Source of the DNA: Candidatus Woesebacteria bacterium
Lineage (GTDB): Bacteria; Patescibacteriota; Microgenomatia; UBA8517
NCBI GenBank assembly: GCA_016700095.1
Contig: CP065002.1
Location: 560,463-624,462 of the forward strand
Direction: 5' to 3'
DNA length: 64,000 nucleotides
Part shown: one piece after another, positions 19,620 through 32,678 of the stretch
Layout: each line of letters starts with the position of its first letter
How positions within the stretch are numbered: position 1 is the first letter of the stretch
Notes under the pieces: generated by a model
Told to the model about the DNA's origin: nothing
What the model saw: the letters and a program-made list of their open reading frames with translations, nothing else
Databases searched by the model: none
Made by a program: the position numbers and the translations under genes

Positions 19620-20165
19620 ATGGTAGAAGAAGTTAGTCAGCCAACTGTGCAAGCCAAAGAAGCGGTTAGTTCGTGGGAAAAAACCGAGTGGAGTGGAGTA
19701 TATGATGGAATGGATTTGGCTCATTATTGCTACGATACCGGGGAGAATAAAATAAACAGAGATATTTTAGATGAACTCACTAAAATTCAGAAGATGGGGT
19801 TACGTCAACGCCTTTTTTTAGATGAGGGAGGAAGAATGTCCATTGTGCTTGATAGACTTGATAGACTTCCCTTAACCGATGCTAGTAGTCAATCTGTGGA
19901 GGAGTTGTTTGGCTCAAAAGCGATTGCAAAAATTGCTGCCAAGGAACAAAAAGAAGAGAAAGAAATAACAGCAAGAATTATTAAAATTGCACAAGCAAGA
20001 GCCTATGTAAGAAACGGTGATATACCTGAAAATATACATACTACAGAGTTGGGTAAAGATAACGTGAGAAGGGATTTTTATAATAATGGTTTTAGAAATG
20101 GATGGAATACCACTAGAGATGCGACTAAATCTAGGCGGGATGAAAGTCCTTGGTATCTAACATAA
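19620..20165 (+). CDS. Hypothetical protein
   Basis: 181 aa, follows the previous gene with a 2-bp gap. No recognisable domain. Confidence 0.45.
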   Translation: MVEEVSQPTVQAKEAVSSWEKTEWSGVYDGMDLAHYCYDTGENKINRDILDELTKIQKMGLRQRLFLDEGGRMSIVLDRLDRLPLTDASSQSVEELFGSKAIAKIAAKEQKEEKEITARIIKIAQARAYVRNGDIPENIHTTELGKDNVRRDFYNNGFRNGWNTTRDATKSRRDESPWYLT

Positions 20166-20201
20166 CAACTCAGATTGTTACAAACCAAATTTCACACCCC
20201 T

Positions 20202-22832
20202 TTATTGTTTTTTGATTTCCTCATCCTCGTCATCGATGGATTTTTTAAGTGCGGTTACACCCGTGACACTATCTGATGCTTTGGCAAATCGCATTAAGAT
20301 TACTCCTTGGGTAATCCTTCCCATCTGGGGAATATTTTTTGAAGGAAGTTTTATTACTTGACCCGACTTGCTTGTTACTACTATCATGTCGATTTCTTCG
20401 TTGACCATCGTAGCGCAAGCCAGAGCACCTGTTTTAGTATTTATAACAGACGCCTTAACTCCCTTCCCCGCCCTTTTTTGTACGGGAAATAGGTGTATTC
20501 CGGTTCTTTTACCAAGACCTCGCTCGGAAATAATAACCATATCGCGGTATGTTTTTCTGCGCTTATCTTTATTTTCTTTGATTTGTCCCGGAAAAACTTC
20601 CATTGTTATTACGTGGTCGTTGGGGCTAAGTTTAATTCCTGCGACGCCTGTCGTTGCTCTTCCCATGGATCGGACATTTGCCTCAGGAAACCTGATTGAT
20701 TTGCCCTGTTTTGAAATAAGCAAGATATGATCGTCTCCGTAAGTTTCCCTGACGTGGGCTAATTTGTCAGTTCCCTTTAGTCTCATGGCAATTAGTCCTG
20801 ACGTTCTCATGTTTTTGAAATCTTTGATTGAAGTTTTTTTAACGATGCCGTTACTGGTTGCCATAATTAAATATTTGATTTTACTTTCGGATCCGATCGG
20901 GAGAATGGACAATACGTTTTCACCCTGTTCCAGGTTTAGGAAATTAACTAACGCTTGACCCTTTCCTTGTCTTGACGAATCCGGTATATCCCATGCTTTT
21001 GTTCCGTATACTTTTCCTTTGTCGGTGAAGAAAAGCAGGTCATCGTGAGTAGTTGCTGAGTAAATATGTTCAATTTCGTCCTCTTCTTTGGTTGTCATGC
21101 CGATAACCCCCTTGCCTCCCCTGCGTTGTGATTTATAGGTATTTCTGGGCACTCGTTTGACGTAACCTGTTTTCGTAATCGTAATTAAAGTTTCTTCTTT
21201 GGGTATAAGGTCCTCTTCGGAGAAATCACCGATGGCTTGCTTGTAGATTTTAGTCAAGCGTTTGTCGCCAAATTTTTCTTTCAAATCTGTAATTTCTTCG
21301 ACAATAATATCCAACACTCTCTCGGGATTTCTTAGAATTGCAGTAAGTCGGTCGATTAATTTTTTAATTTCTTCGTACTCCTCTTCAATTTTTTGTCTTT
21401 CCAGGGCAGCAAGGCGCCTTAATTGCATGTCGAGAATTGCCGTCGATTGGATGTCTGTTAGCTTAAATCTGGTCATAAGATTTAATTTTGCTTCCTCTTG
21501 AGTCTTGCTTTCGCGGATAGTTTTTATAACGGCATCCAAATTGTCGAGCGCGATTTTTAATCCTTCGAGGATGTGAGCTCGCTTTTTGGCTTGGGTTAGA
21601 TCAAAGATGGTTCTTCTGACAATCACCTTTTGGCGGTGCTTAACGTATTCCACCAAAATTTGTTTGAGATTAACCGTATGTGGAGTGCCGTCGACAAGAG
21701 CAACGAAATTGGCAGAAAATGTGGTTTGTAATTTGGTATATTTATACAATCTGTTAAGAATCGATTTCGGTCTGCCATCTCTTTTTAGATCGATAGCAAC
21801 TCTTAGACCGTCCTTGTCTGATTCGTCTCTTAAATCTGCAATGCCTTTAATTTTTTTGTCTCTGACAAGATCCGCAATTTTTTCAACTAACTGCGCCTTG
21901 TTAACTTGGTATGGTAATTCGGAAATAATAATTTGTTGTTTCCCTTTTGCGCCTTCTTCGATTTCGGCTACTCCCCTAACCACAATCCGACCGCGTCCTG
22001 TAGCATAAACATCTTTTATTGAGTTACCGTCGTAAATAGTACCTGCTGTGGGGAAATCCGGTCCGGGAATGATACCAACCAAGTCTTCGACCGTCACATC
22101 ACTTTCAAAACTAATTGAAGCGGGATTTGTTTCCTTTTCAACAAAGTCTTTTTGCTCTCCTGAGGCGATTAAGTCGATTTTCTTGAGAACAAAACTGGCT
22201 TCGGTTTGTTGTGTATCTTTCTCGAAAATTACATGACCTTTTTCGATAGTTAAAATAATGGCGTCAACTACTTCCTTTAAATTATGGGGGGGGATTTTGG
22301 TTGCCATACCTACGGCAATTCCCTCACTGCCCATGAGCAAAAGATTGGGCAAAAGTGCCGGTAGATAAACAGGTTCTTTTTCCGTAGCATCGAAGTTGTT
22401 AGTAAACTCAACTGTTTCTTTATTAATATCTTCCAAAAGCTTTGGAGCATATTTGCTTAGTCTGGCTTCGGTGTACCTCATTGCCGCAGGGGGATCACCG
22501 TCGATACTGCCAAAATTTCCCTGTCCGTCAACGAGCGGATAACGCATCGAAAAATCCTGAGCGAGACGTACCATAGCGTCGTATACGCTGGTATCCGAAT
22601 GCGGATGGTATTTACCCAACACTTCTCCAACGACCTTGGCGGATTTGGAAAAAGCCTTACCGGGGACTAACCCCATTTTGTTCATGGCAAAGAGGATTCT
22701 CCTGTGAACTGGTTTTAACCCATCACGAACATCGGGAAGTGCACGCGAGACGATCACGCTCATGGCGTAATCGACATACGACTTTGACAGCTCTCTTGTG
22801 ATTGGTACTATTTCTACTTTTCCGATATCCAT
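20202..22832 (-). CDS. gyrA: DNA gyrase subunit A
   Basis: [14 protein letters not shown]...[20 protein letters not shown], a full-length GyrA with an acidic C-tail. Confidence 0.95.
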   Translation of the reverse strand: MDIGKVEIVPITRELSKSYVDYAMSVIVSRALPDVRDGLKPVHRRILFAMNKMGLVPGKAFSKSAKVVGEVLGKYHPHSDTSVYDAMVRLAQDFSMRYPLVDGQGNFGSIDGDPPAAMRYTEARLSKYAPKLLEDINKETVEFTNNFDATEKEPVYLPALLPNLLLMGSEGIAVGMATKIPPHNLKEVVDAIILTIEKGHVIFEKDTQQTEASFVLKKIDLIASGEQKDFVEKETNPASISFESDVTVEDLVGIIPGPDFPTAGTIYDGNSIKDVYATGRGRIVVRGVAEIEEGAKGKQQIIISELPYQVNKAQLVEKIADLVRDKKIKGIADLRDESDKDGLRVAIDLKRDGRPKSILNRLYKYTKLQTTFSANFVALVDGTPHTVNLKQILVEYVKHRQKVIVRRTIFDLTQAKKRAHILEGLKIALDNLDAVIKTIRESKTQEEAKLNLMTRFKLTDIQSTAILDMQLRRLAALERQKIEEEYEEIKKLIDRLTAILRNPERVLDIIVEEITDLKEKFGDKRLTKIYKQAIGDFSEEDLIPKEETLITITKTGYVKRVPRNTYKSQRRGGKGVIGMTTKEEDEIEHIYSATTHDDLLFFTDKGKVYGTKAWDIPDSSRQGKGQALVNFLNLEQGENVLSILPIGSESKIKYLIMATSNGIVKKTSIKDFKNMRTSGLIAMRLKGTDKLAHVRETYGDDHILLISKQGKSIRFPEANVRSMGRATTGVAGIKLSPNDHVITMEVFPGQIKENKDKRRKTYRDMVIISERGLGKRTGIHLFPVQKRAGKGVKASVINTKTGALACATMVNEEIDMIVVTSKSGQVIKLPSKNIPQMGRITQGVILMRFAKASDSVTGVTALKKSIDDEDEEIKKQ

Positions 22833-23027
22833 ATTTTTTATCTCCGCGATACAAATAATCCAATAAATTGGAGGCAGTACAATTTGTTATCTATAAATTG
22901 GAGATGTATTGTAATTAGTCATTATTGCATTGATAACCTAGCCATCAATACCCCTTAGCGTTTAGCGTATTTAATACTACATTTTTCGAAGCCACGAGAC
23001 AAGTGCTAGTATAAAAAATAGCCATGT

Positions 23028-23438
23028 TTAGTGAGAATGTGTTTCTTTACTACCGCTAACTACACCAGCCATATTGTTTACGATTATTGGGCGAAGAAGC
23101 TGAATTCCAACGGAAGCGATTTTATATCCGACATTAACAATAAAACCCATAATAACCAATTGTGCAATAAAGTTGGTTGTTTGGTTCATGATGCCGGCAG
23201 GAAGTATTTCCTGTTTTTTTGATGTTGGCATGTCGACACTGACCCCCGCATCGGTCAACTCTTGTGGAATTTCTACTTTGTATGATTGACCCAAATCGAT
23301 TTCCAAACCGGGAAGATCAAACATCTGAACGGGTTGGGTGTTTTGGGTAAAAAGCCCTAAAACATTAAAAACCGCATAACCTATGATTGTAAGACCAATT
23401 ACCAGTAGAGCATAACCAATAAGTTTTTCGTTTGCCAT
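23028..23438 (-). CDS. Small hypothetical membrane protein
   Basis: Two or three hydrophobic helices, between gyrB and gyrA. Confidence 0.4.
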   Translation of the reverse strand: MANEKLIGYALLVIGLTIIGYAVFNVLGLFTQNTQPVQMFDLPGLEIDLGQSYKVEIPQELTDAGVSVDMPTSKKQEILPAGIMNQTTNFIAQLVIMGFIVNVGYKIASVGIQLLRPIIVNNMAGVVSGSKETHSH

Positions 23439-23461
23439 ATCTAAAATTTCAATTACCTAAA

Positions 23462-25465
<2,004 letters not shown>

Positions 25466-25521
25466 TCACGTTAATGTAACTTACAACTGTAGTAGTTTAT
25501 AGTATACCTTGGGTAGAATTG

Positions 25522-26136
25522 TCAAACAAGATGCGTAATAAAGTTAAGCAACTGAAGTTTGACATTACCATTATCTAATAGCGCCAGATACAATTTATCG
25601 GCAGACTTCACATTAGTTGCGGCACGGATATCGACTTTATCCTGTAAATCATGTTGATAGTAATTTATTAGCGTTTCGGCAAATTGCAAAGCGGATTCTC
25701 GGTCTTTAATTTGTGATATAAATGTAAGTTTTTCGCCGATGGTCATCGCGTCAAAGTCAAGTGCTTCTTGGGAAACGTTCGCCGGTTGAGATGTTATGTA
25801 AATAACCTGACACCGCGAAGTAATGGTGGGAATTACTTTATGAATATTATTTGTGACCAAAATGTAGAACAAGTTCACCTGAGGCTCCTCGATACTTTTA
25901 AGAAGGGCGTTTGCCGCTTCGTGTGACAGATCTTGCAGATTGTTAACCAAAACAATCGTTGCTGTATCGATCTTTAATTTTGTAAAACCGATTAGCTTTC
26001 GTACGTCTTCAATTTTTTTAATTTCAAATTCAATAACCTTAGCACTTATTCTTTTCACCAACTTGTCAATTTCGCAATTTATGGCATCACCACCACTTCC
26101 TACAAGTAAATATGCATGCATAGCTAAATATAACAT
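25522..26136 (-). CDS. DNA polymerase III delta-prime-like subunit (short)
   Basis: HAYLLVGSGG with no intact P-loop, then LLKSIEEP...TITSRCQ, the clamp-loader AAA+ sensor motifs. Confidence 0.55.
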   Translation of the reverse strand: MLYLAMHAYLLVGSGGDAINCEIDKLVKRISAKVIEFEIKKIEDVRKLIGFTKLKIDTATIVLVNNLQDLSHEAANALLKSIEEPQVNLFYILVTNNIHKVIPTITSRCQVIYITSQPANVSQEALDFDAMTIGEKLTFISQIKDRESALQFAETLINYYQHDLQDKVDIRAATNVKSADKLYLALLDNGNVKLQLLNFITHLV

Positions 26137-26433
26137 TTAATACTGCCAGAGAAAATGGAAACGACATTGTTACAATTTGATGCGAAAGGGCTGTACAAAT
26201 GAAACATGTAGGGTTTTGGTAACGAGACTAAAATGCGCTATAATAGTTGTTCACGACAATTAAGCCTCTTTTTTGTCAAAAAAAACAATTGATAAAATTA
26301 TTTTTGGGCTTTTTGGCGGCGTTTTTTGTTTTATTAAACTTACTACTTTTACCTGTTAACGTATTGTGTAGAGGTAATCGCACGTAAAAAATACGACAAA
26401 CTACGTGTAAGTAATGTCTTATAGAAATTTATT

Positions 26434-28200
26434 ATGACAACAAAGTTAAAAAGGAAGAAAGATTTGCCAAGATTTTCTGTTGTGGCAAAACACTTTATGA
26501 ATTTTGCTGCCGGAAAACGAGGTTGGTATATCCTTTTTGTCGTTATCTTAACCGTTCAATCGGCAATTTATGCAACTCTCCCCTACTTTTACAAAATATT
26601 TGTTGATGCTATTCCCTCGTTGAACCTTACATTATTGGTAAAAATATTGGGATTTTTTGTAATTGTAAGGATTGTTGAAATGTTACTTAGTGTTTTGGCT
26701 CACACTTTAGGAGATGTGAATTTAATCGATTCCGCAAAACTTGCGCGTATAAGAGTCGTCGAAAAAGTCCAACAGCTTGATTTTGCCTATCATACGACAA
26801 AAAGTACGGGATCTTTGATTAGCTCCGTCAAACGTGGCGATGGTGCTTATTTTGGAATATTTCATGACCTGCATTTTCGTGTTTACAGCACGTTGGTCGA
26901 ATTTGGAGTTATGATTTACTTTTTTGGGAAAATAAATTTCTATATTTCTCTTATAGTTGTTGTCTCAATCGTAATAAGCTTGATTGCGGCTAAATATATA
27001 GTTAATTACAACATTGATAAACGCACGAATCACCTGAAAGACGAAGATGAGATTTCGGGTGTAATTGTTGACAATTTTGTAAATTTTGAAACTGTTAAAT
27101 ATTTTGCAAAAGAAAAATTTGAGATAAGCAGATTGGAACAAAAATTTGCCATCTGGACAAAGAGCCTTTGGGGTTTCGCGAATTCGTTTAGGGTTTTTGA
27201 TATCACACTTTCTCTAATCAATATCGTTACAATGGCGTTTATTTTACTTTTCGCACTCTATCTTTCGGTTGAAGGACAAATCGAACTGGGCGACTTTGTC
27301 CTTATTGGAGCATTTATGAGTACCGTGTATCCCAGGCTTTTCGCAATGATTTGGGATTTCAGAAATCTCGCAAAAAACTATGCTGATATTCAAAAATATT
27401 TTTATGTATTTGGCTTGGAACCTGAGATAAAAGATCCGAAAACTCCGGTAACACTCAACAGCGTTCGTGGTGAAATCGCATTCAACCGTGTAGTTTTTTC
27501 GTATAAAGAAGGTAAGAAAAATGCTATTAATAACTTGTCTTTGAATATTCGTCAGGGCCAGTCTGTTGCACTTGTGGGTCGATCGGGTTCGGGTAAAACG
27601 ACGTTGGTAAAACTTCTGATGCGCTTTTACGATTTAACCGCCGGAAGCATTGTAATTGATGATGTAAATATCAAAGCATTTGATAAGTCGTATCTGAGAA
27701 GTCTTATGGGAATTGTGCCGCAAGAACCAGTTTTGTTTAACAACACGATCGGTTATAACATCGGCTACGGAAAGTCACATGCCACAAAGAATGAAATTAT
27801 TTCTGCTGCAAAGCTTGCGAATTTACACAATTTTATAATGACGCTTCCGAAAAAATACGACACGAATGTTGGCGAGCGGGGTGTGAAATTGTCCGGCGGA
27901 CAAAAGCAAAGACTTGCAATTGCCCGTATGGTTTTGTCTAATCCTGACATTGTTGTTTTCGATGAAGCAACAAGTCAGTTAGACAGCGAAAATGAAAAAC
28001 TTATTCAGGAAGCTTTTTGGCAAGCTGTCAAAAATAAAACGACAATTATTATCGCTCATAGGCTTTCTACTGCGATGAGAGCTGACAAAATTATCGTGAT
28101 GGATAATGGAAAAATTGTCGAGGAAGGATCACATCATGCACTTTTGGCTAGAGAAAGTTTATATAAGTACTTTTGGAATTTGCAGATAAACGTCGATTAA
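26434..28200 (+). CDS. ABC transporter, fused permease/ATPase (MsbA-like exporter)
   Basis: Six-TM domain, then Walker A GRSGSGKTT, signature LSGGQKQRLAIAR, and Walker B IVVFDEATS. Confidence 0.85.
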   Translation: MTTKLKRKKDLPRFSVVAKHFMNFAAGKRGWYILFVVILTVQSAIYATLPYFYKIFVDAIPSLNLTLLVKILGFFVIVRIVEMLLSVLAHTLGDVNLIDSAKLARIRVVEKVQQLDFAYHTTKSTGSLISSVKRGDGAYFGIFHDLHFRVYSTLVEFGVMIYFFGKINFYISLIVVVSIVISLIAAKYIVNYNIDKRTNHLKDEDEISGVIVDNFVNFETVKYFAKEKFEISRLEQKFAIWTKSLWGFANSFRVFDITLSLINIVTMAFILLFALYLSVEGQIELGDFVLIGAFMSTVYPRLFAMIWDFRNLAKNYADIQKYFYVFGLEPEIKDPKTPVTLNSVRGEIAFNRVVFSYKEGKKNAINNLSLNIRQGQSVALVGRSGSGKTTLVKLLMRFYDLTAGSIVIDDVNIKAFDKSYLRSLMGIVPQEPVLFNNTIGYNIGYGKSHATKNEIISAAKLANLHNFIMTLPKKYDTNVGERGVKLSGGQKQRLAIARMVLSNPDIVVFDEATSQLDSENEKLIQEAFWQAVKNKTTIIIAHRLSTAMRADKIIVMDNGKIVEEGSHHALLARESLYKYFWNLQINVD

Positions 28201-28378
28201 TAGTGCCGCAAAAGAAACATTTTAAAAACTGGTATTTAAAATATTTCGCGGTCAACACATTGCCACTTCTTTTTAATTTAGTTTTTATTCATTCAAATTT
28301 GTTATTAATGGTATGATCGTTTTTTCAATGACATACTAATATTATCTTGCTATACTGAAATAGTATTATTAATAAGTT

Positions 28379-30112
28379 ATGACTGCCCAAACAAATACAT
28401 TTCCCGATAGTGTGGATACGAAAACACTGGCTGATATATTGGCGGATCAAGGTGTTATAAACTCGGATAAAGCAAAACAGATTAAATTCACGGAAATTCA
28501 AACCGGTAAACCTCAGGAAGAAATCATAAAAACACAAAACATCGTGAGTGAAAGTGATTTGACGAAAGCTAAGGCTGCCCTGTACAACATCCCCTATCTG
28601 GATTTAAGTACTGTACCCACCTCCCCCGAAGCACTTTCCAAGTTGCCTAAAACGGTAGCTGAGCGGTTTAGGGCATTTCCTGTGTCCATCGATTCGGTGA
28701 ATAATTTAATAAATGTCGCGATGGCTGATCCTTTGGATTTGACGGCTATCGAATTTATCGAGCAACGTACCGGTTTTATGGTAAAACCGTATGCTGCTGA
28801 TCCGACAACGGTAGAAAACCTGATCGCAACCGGTTACTCCTCTACTCTGGCAAGAGAGGTTACCGCTGCACTAAAAGACGTTTCACCGGGTGCCACGCAA
28901 GTACGTATGATGGATACTTCCCGTACGGGTGTAATCCGAGAAGAAAAAGTGGCGGAAATTGTCACTCATATTTTAAGTTTTGCTATGAAAGCACGAGCGT
29001 CCGACGTACATATTGAACCGCAAGAATATGCTACAAGAGTCAGATATCGAATTGACGGAATTTTGCAAGAGAAATTAACAACCCCAAGAGAACTTCATGA
29101 AGCCCTGGTTTCCAGGATTAAAATTCTCTCAGGTCTAAAAATTGACGAAAAGCGTATTCCCCAGGATGGTAGATTCAATTTCCGTTCGGAAGATCAGGAA
29201 GTCGACCTTCGCGTCTCTTCCTTGCCTACCACATGGGGTGAAAAAATTGTAATGCGGTTACTGAAAAAAACCGGTGGTGTACCGGATTTGCCCGATCTTG
29301 GACTTCGTGGCAGAGCACTGAAAAACTTGGAAGATGCGATTTTAAGGCCACACGGCATAATTCTTATTTGCGGACCAACAGGATCGGGTAAAACAACAAC
29401 CTTGTATTCGATTATTCAAAGAATTAATACACCCAAAATTAACATTGTAACTTTGGAAGACCCGATCGAATACAAAATCCAAGGTGTCAACCAGGTTCAG
29501 GTAAATCCGGGAGCAGGACTTACATTTGCATCCGGTCTTCGGTCGTTTTTGCGGCAAGACCCCAACGTCATTCTGGTGGGAGAAATTCGCGACCAGGAAA
29601 CAGCCGATTTAGCTATTCAAGCGTCTTTGACTGGCCATCTGGTCTTTGCAACACTTCATACGAACGATGCGGCGGGAGCACTTCCCCGACTTTTGGATAT
29701 GGGTGCCGAGCCATATCTTTTGTCATCGTCGATGACGGCAATTGTCGCTCAGCGTGTCGTTAGAAAAATTGATGAGAATTCTAAAGAGGAAGATCATCCC
29801 AGTCCAAAGGCGATTGAAGACATGAAAAATGAGTTAGGAACGCTTTGGCCGAAAGACAAAAAAATTATTTATTACAAAGGTTTACCGACAAAAGAAAACA
29901 ACAATACAGGCTATCATGGAAGGATGGGAGTATTTGAAGTATTGCCAGTTACCGAAAAAATAAGTAGGCTTATATTAGAGCGATCAGCGGCAGGAGCGAT
30001 TAATAAGGTAGCTGTTGAGGAAGGAATGATAACCATGAAACAAGATGGGTACTTGAAAGTGTTGGAAGGGACAACTACATTAGAAGAAGTACTACGTGTT
30101 GCACAAGAATAA
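28379..30112 (+). CDS. pilB: Type IV pilus assembly ATPase PilB / GspE family
   Basis: GSPII_E N-domain, Walker A GPTGSGKTTT, and Asp/His boxes. Confidence 0.85.
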   Translation: MTAQTNTFPDSVDTKTLADILADQGVINSDKAKQIKFTEIQTGKPQEEIIKTQNIVSESDLTKAKAALYNIPYLDLSTVPTSPEALSKLPKTVAERFRAFPVSIDSVNNLINVAMADPLDLTAIEFIEQRTGFMVKPYAADPTTVENLIATGYSSTLAREVTAALKDVSPGATQVRMMDTSRTGVIREEKVAEIVTHILSFAMKARASDVHIEPQEYATRVRYRIDGILQEKLTTPRELHEALVSRIKILSGLKIDEKRIPQDGRFNFRSEDQEVDLRVSSLPTTWGEKIVMRLLKKTGGVPDLPDLGLRGRALKNLEDAILRPHGIILICGPTGSGKTTTLYSIIQRINTPKINIVTLEDPIEYKIQGVNQVQVNPGAGLTFASGLRSFLRQDPNVILVGEIRDQETADLAIQASLTGHLVFATLHTNDAAGALPRLLDMGAEPYLLSSSMTAIVAQRVVRKIDENSKEEDHPSPKAIEDMKNELGTLWPKDKKIIYYKGLPTKENNNTGYHGRMGVFEVLPVTEKISRLILERSAAGAINKVAVEEGMITMKQDGYLKVLEGTTTLEEVLRVAQE

Positions 30113-30115
30113 AAT

Positions 30116-31180
30116 ATGGGCATAAAAGATTTATTACAACTGACAGTAGATAAAAACGCATCCGATTTACATATTTTGGCTGGTATAGCACCCCACTTGA
30201 GAATTGAAGGAGTTTTGGCACCCATTCGTGACGCCGGAATCGTTACCGCAGAAGTTGTTGAGAAATATGTCAAAGACATTCTTACTGCTGAGCAATTTGA
30301 GAAACTTTCTATAAATAAAGAAATTGATTTTTCGCTTTCCTTTAACGAAAAGGCACGTTTCAGGGTTAACGCTTATACGCAAAAAGGCAATTATGCGATT
30401 GCTTTCCGTGCAATCCCTCTTCGGGTGCCAAAGATTGAGGATTTGGGACTTCCACATATTTTGCATTCTTTTACGGGATTAAAGCAGGGCTTTATTTTAG
30501 TTACGGGACCAACGGGTCATGGAAAATCAACAACTCTTGCGGCGATGATTGATGAGATAAACGATAATCGTGCGGAGCACATTGTGACCATTGAAGATCC
30601 GATTGAATTTATTTTTACACCGAAGCTCTCCATGATCTCTCAGCGCGAGATGGGTTTTGATACTCATTCTTGGCAAGTTGCCCTTAGAAGCGCACTTCGC
30701 GAGGATCCTGATATTGTCCTTGTTGGCGAGATGCGCGATTACGATACGATTTCGAGCGCAATTACTGTTGCGGAAACCGGTCATTTAGTTTTTTCTACAC
30801 TTCATACCAATTCCGCGGCACAAACAATTGACAGGATAGTCGATGTTTTTCCCGAAGAACAACAACAGCAAATCAGGCTTCAATTGTCAAATGTAATTGA
30901 AGCGGTTTTCTCTCTGCGTTTAGTTCCGGGCATTGACGGACGACGTGTAGTGGCTTATGAAGTGATGCTTGGTACTTCTGCTATCAAAAATTCCATCCGC
31001 GAAGGTAAAACCCACCAGATAGATAATATTATTCAGACCTCGACGGAAATGGGTATGCGCACACTGGAAATGTCGCTTGCTACTCACGTCAAGCAAGGCC
31101 GCATCACACTCGAAGTTGCCCAAACATATTCGGTTAGACCCGAAGAATTGGCAAGACTGGTTAGAACTACCAAAGATTAA
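30116..31180 (+). CDS. pilT: Twitching-motility retraction ATPase PilT
   Basis: GPTGHGKSTTLAAMIDEIN plus the PilT-type C-terminus. Confidence 0.85.
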   Translation: MGIKDLLQLTVDKNASDLHILAGIAPHLRIEGVLAPIRDAGIVTAEVVEKYVKDILTAEQFEKLSINKEIDFSLSFNEKARFRVNAYTQKGNYAIAFRAIPLRVPKIEDLGLPHILHSFTGLKQGFILVTGPTGHGKSTTLAAMIDEINDNRAEHIVTIEDPIEFIFTPKLSMISQREMGFDTHSWQVALRSALREDPDIVLVGEMRDYDTISSAITVAETGHLVFSTLHTNSAAQTIDRIVDVFPEEQQQQIRLQLSNVIEAVFSLRLVPGIDGRRVVAYEVMLGTSAIKNSIREGKTHQIDNIIQTSTEMGMRTLEMSLATHVKQGRITLEVAQTYSVRPEELARLVRTTKD

Positions 31181-31190
31181 CCTTCAAACA

Positions 31191-32399
31191 ATGCAACGTT
31201 ATAAATACAAAGCCAAAGACCAAGCTGGTAAAGAGATTAAAGGAGAGGTGGAAGCATCAAATGAATCATTGGCAGTTAAACTTATTCGCGAAAAGCAATT
31301 GACGGTTATTTCGATGGTGCCCAAAAACGCCATCCCCTTTGCTAATCTTCTTAGTGGTATTACGGAACGTATAAGTAGCGGTGATATTGCTAATTTTACC
31401 CGCCAGTTTGCGACAATGGTAAATGCGGGACTTCCACTTACTGAATCGCTATTAATTTTGCGGTCGCAATCAAGTGGAAAAATGCAAGCTGTTATTTCAC
31501 AAGTACTAGCCGAAGTCGAAGAAGGTCAGTCGTTATCTTCGGTTATGTCGAAATTCCCCAATGTCTTTTCCAAAACTTATGTCGCTTTGATCAAAGCAGG
31601 AGAAACCGGGGGAGTTTTGGATGAGGTGTTGCTTCGCTTAGCCGACAATATGGAAAATTCGGAAGAGTTTAAAGGTAAGGTCAAGTCGGCAATGATTTAC
31701 CCGGTTATTATAATTTTCGGTATGATTGCCGTGGCTTTTGTAATGCTTGTTTTTGTCATACCAAAACTGACGGATTTGTACGATCAGTTCGACGCCGAAT
31801 TACCGTTTGCAACGCGCTTTTTGATTGGATTATCCGACTTCATGGTGAGTTACTGGCCGATCGTACTTGTGTTGGCAGCTATCGGTGGATATTCCTTTTT
31901 ACTTTACAAAAAAACTCCCGATGGCAGAAGAAGGGTGGATGGAACGATACTTAGTATTCCCCTATTTGGACCGTTGCAAAAACAAATTATTTTAACCAAT
32001 CTCGCGCGGACTTTGTCATTGATGGTTGGCTCGGGAGTGTCGATACTTGAAAGTCTTGCAATCACGTCGGGAGTGGTTGGCAATGTCGTAATTTCTGATG
32101 CTTTGGATGATTCTGCCAAAATGGTTGAAAAGGGTTTCCCTGTCGCGCTCGCTTTCTCCAGGCATCCCGAGGCATTTCCTTTCATCTTTTCTCAAATGAC
32201 GGCAGTCGGCGAAGAAACGGGAAAAATGGATGAGGTCTTGGCGAAAGTTGCCCATGTTTTCGAAGTGGAAAGTAACCAAAAGGTCAAAGCAATGACGAGT
32301 GCGATTGAGCCAATAATACTTCTTATTCTTGGAGTCGGTGTCGCCTTTCTCGTAATATCCATCATCATGCCGATTTATAATTTGACGACCTCAATTTAA
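31191..32399 (+). CDS. pilC: Type IV pilus platform protein PilC / GspF
   Basis: Two GspF repeats with TM helices. The track ORF starts at 31077 and overlaps pilT; the ATG at 31191 (MQRYKYK...) is the likely start. Confidence 0.8.
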   Translation: MQRYKYKAKDQAGKEIKGEVEASNESLAVKLIREKQLTVISMVPKNAIPFANLLSGITERISSGDIANFTRQFATMVNAGLPLTESLLILRSQSSGKMQAVISQVLAEVEEGQSLSSVMSKFPNVFSKTYVALIKAGETGGVLDEVLLRLADNMENSEEFKGKVKSAMIYPVIIIFGMIAVAFVMLVFVIPKLTDLYDQFDAELPFATRFLIGLSDFMVSYWPIVLVLAAIGGYSFLLYKKTPDGRRRVDGTILSIPLFGPLQKQIILTNLARTLSLMVGSGVSILESLAITSGVVGNVVISDALDDSAKMVEKGFPVALAFSRHPEAFPFIFSQMTAVGEETGKMDEVLAKVAHVFEVESNQKVKAMTSAIEPIILLILGVGVAFLVISIIMPIYNLTTSI

Positions 32400-32413
32400 G
32401 GTACTAGGAATTT

Positions 32414-32483
32414 AGTAGTTGGCAGGTAGCATGTAGCAGATAGCATGTAGCAGGTAGTTGGTAGAAAGCAGTTAGTAGATAGG
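32414..32483. repeat. About 10 tandem heptamers, (AGCAKGT)n / GTAGCAK family
   Basis: agtagtt ggcaggt agcatgt agcagat agcatgt agcaggt agttggt agaaagc agttagt agatagg, read directly. Confidence 0.8.
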
Positions 32484-32583
32484 TTTTAATTTTAACCTAT
32501 GCTTTTGGCTTTTCGTTTTTTACTTTTAGTTCTTCGCTTTAATTTTTAATATTTAGTATTATTAACAACTTTCACGCCGACAC

Positions 32584-32612
32584 TTGACAGACAAGCCAAG
32601 CTAGTCAATACT
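32584..32612 (+). promoter_or_regulatory. Candidate sigma70-like promoter for major pilin 1 (perfect TTGACA -35, weak -10 AATACT)
   Basis: TTGACA at 32584-32589, a 17-nt spacer, then AATACT. The -10 is weak. Confidence 0.3.
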
Positions 32613-32678
32613 TAAATATAAGAAAAATTATCAAACAGTTTTGTTTGTAGTTTTGTAAAAGGGGGTGAGAATGAAAAA

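Noticed and set aside
22285-22300. G8 homopolymer tract inside gyrA as a possible phase-variation site
   Set aside because: It simply encodes the conserved Pro-Pro of the IPPHN motif on the coding strand. An essential gene is unlikely to be phase-variable.
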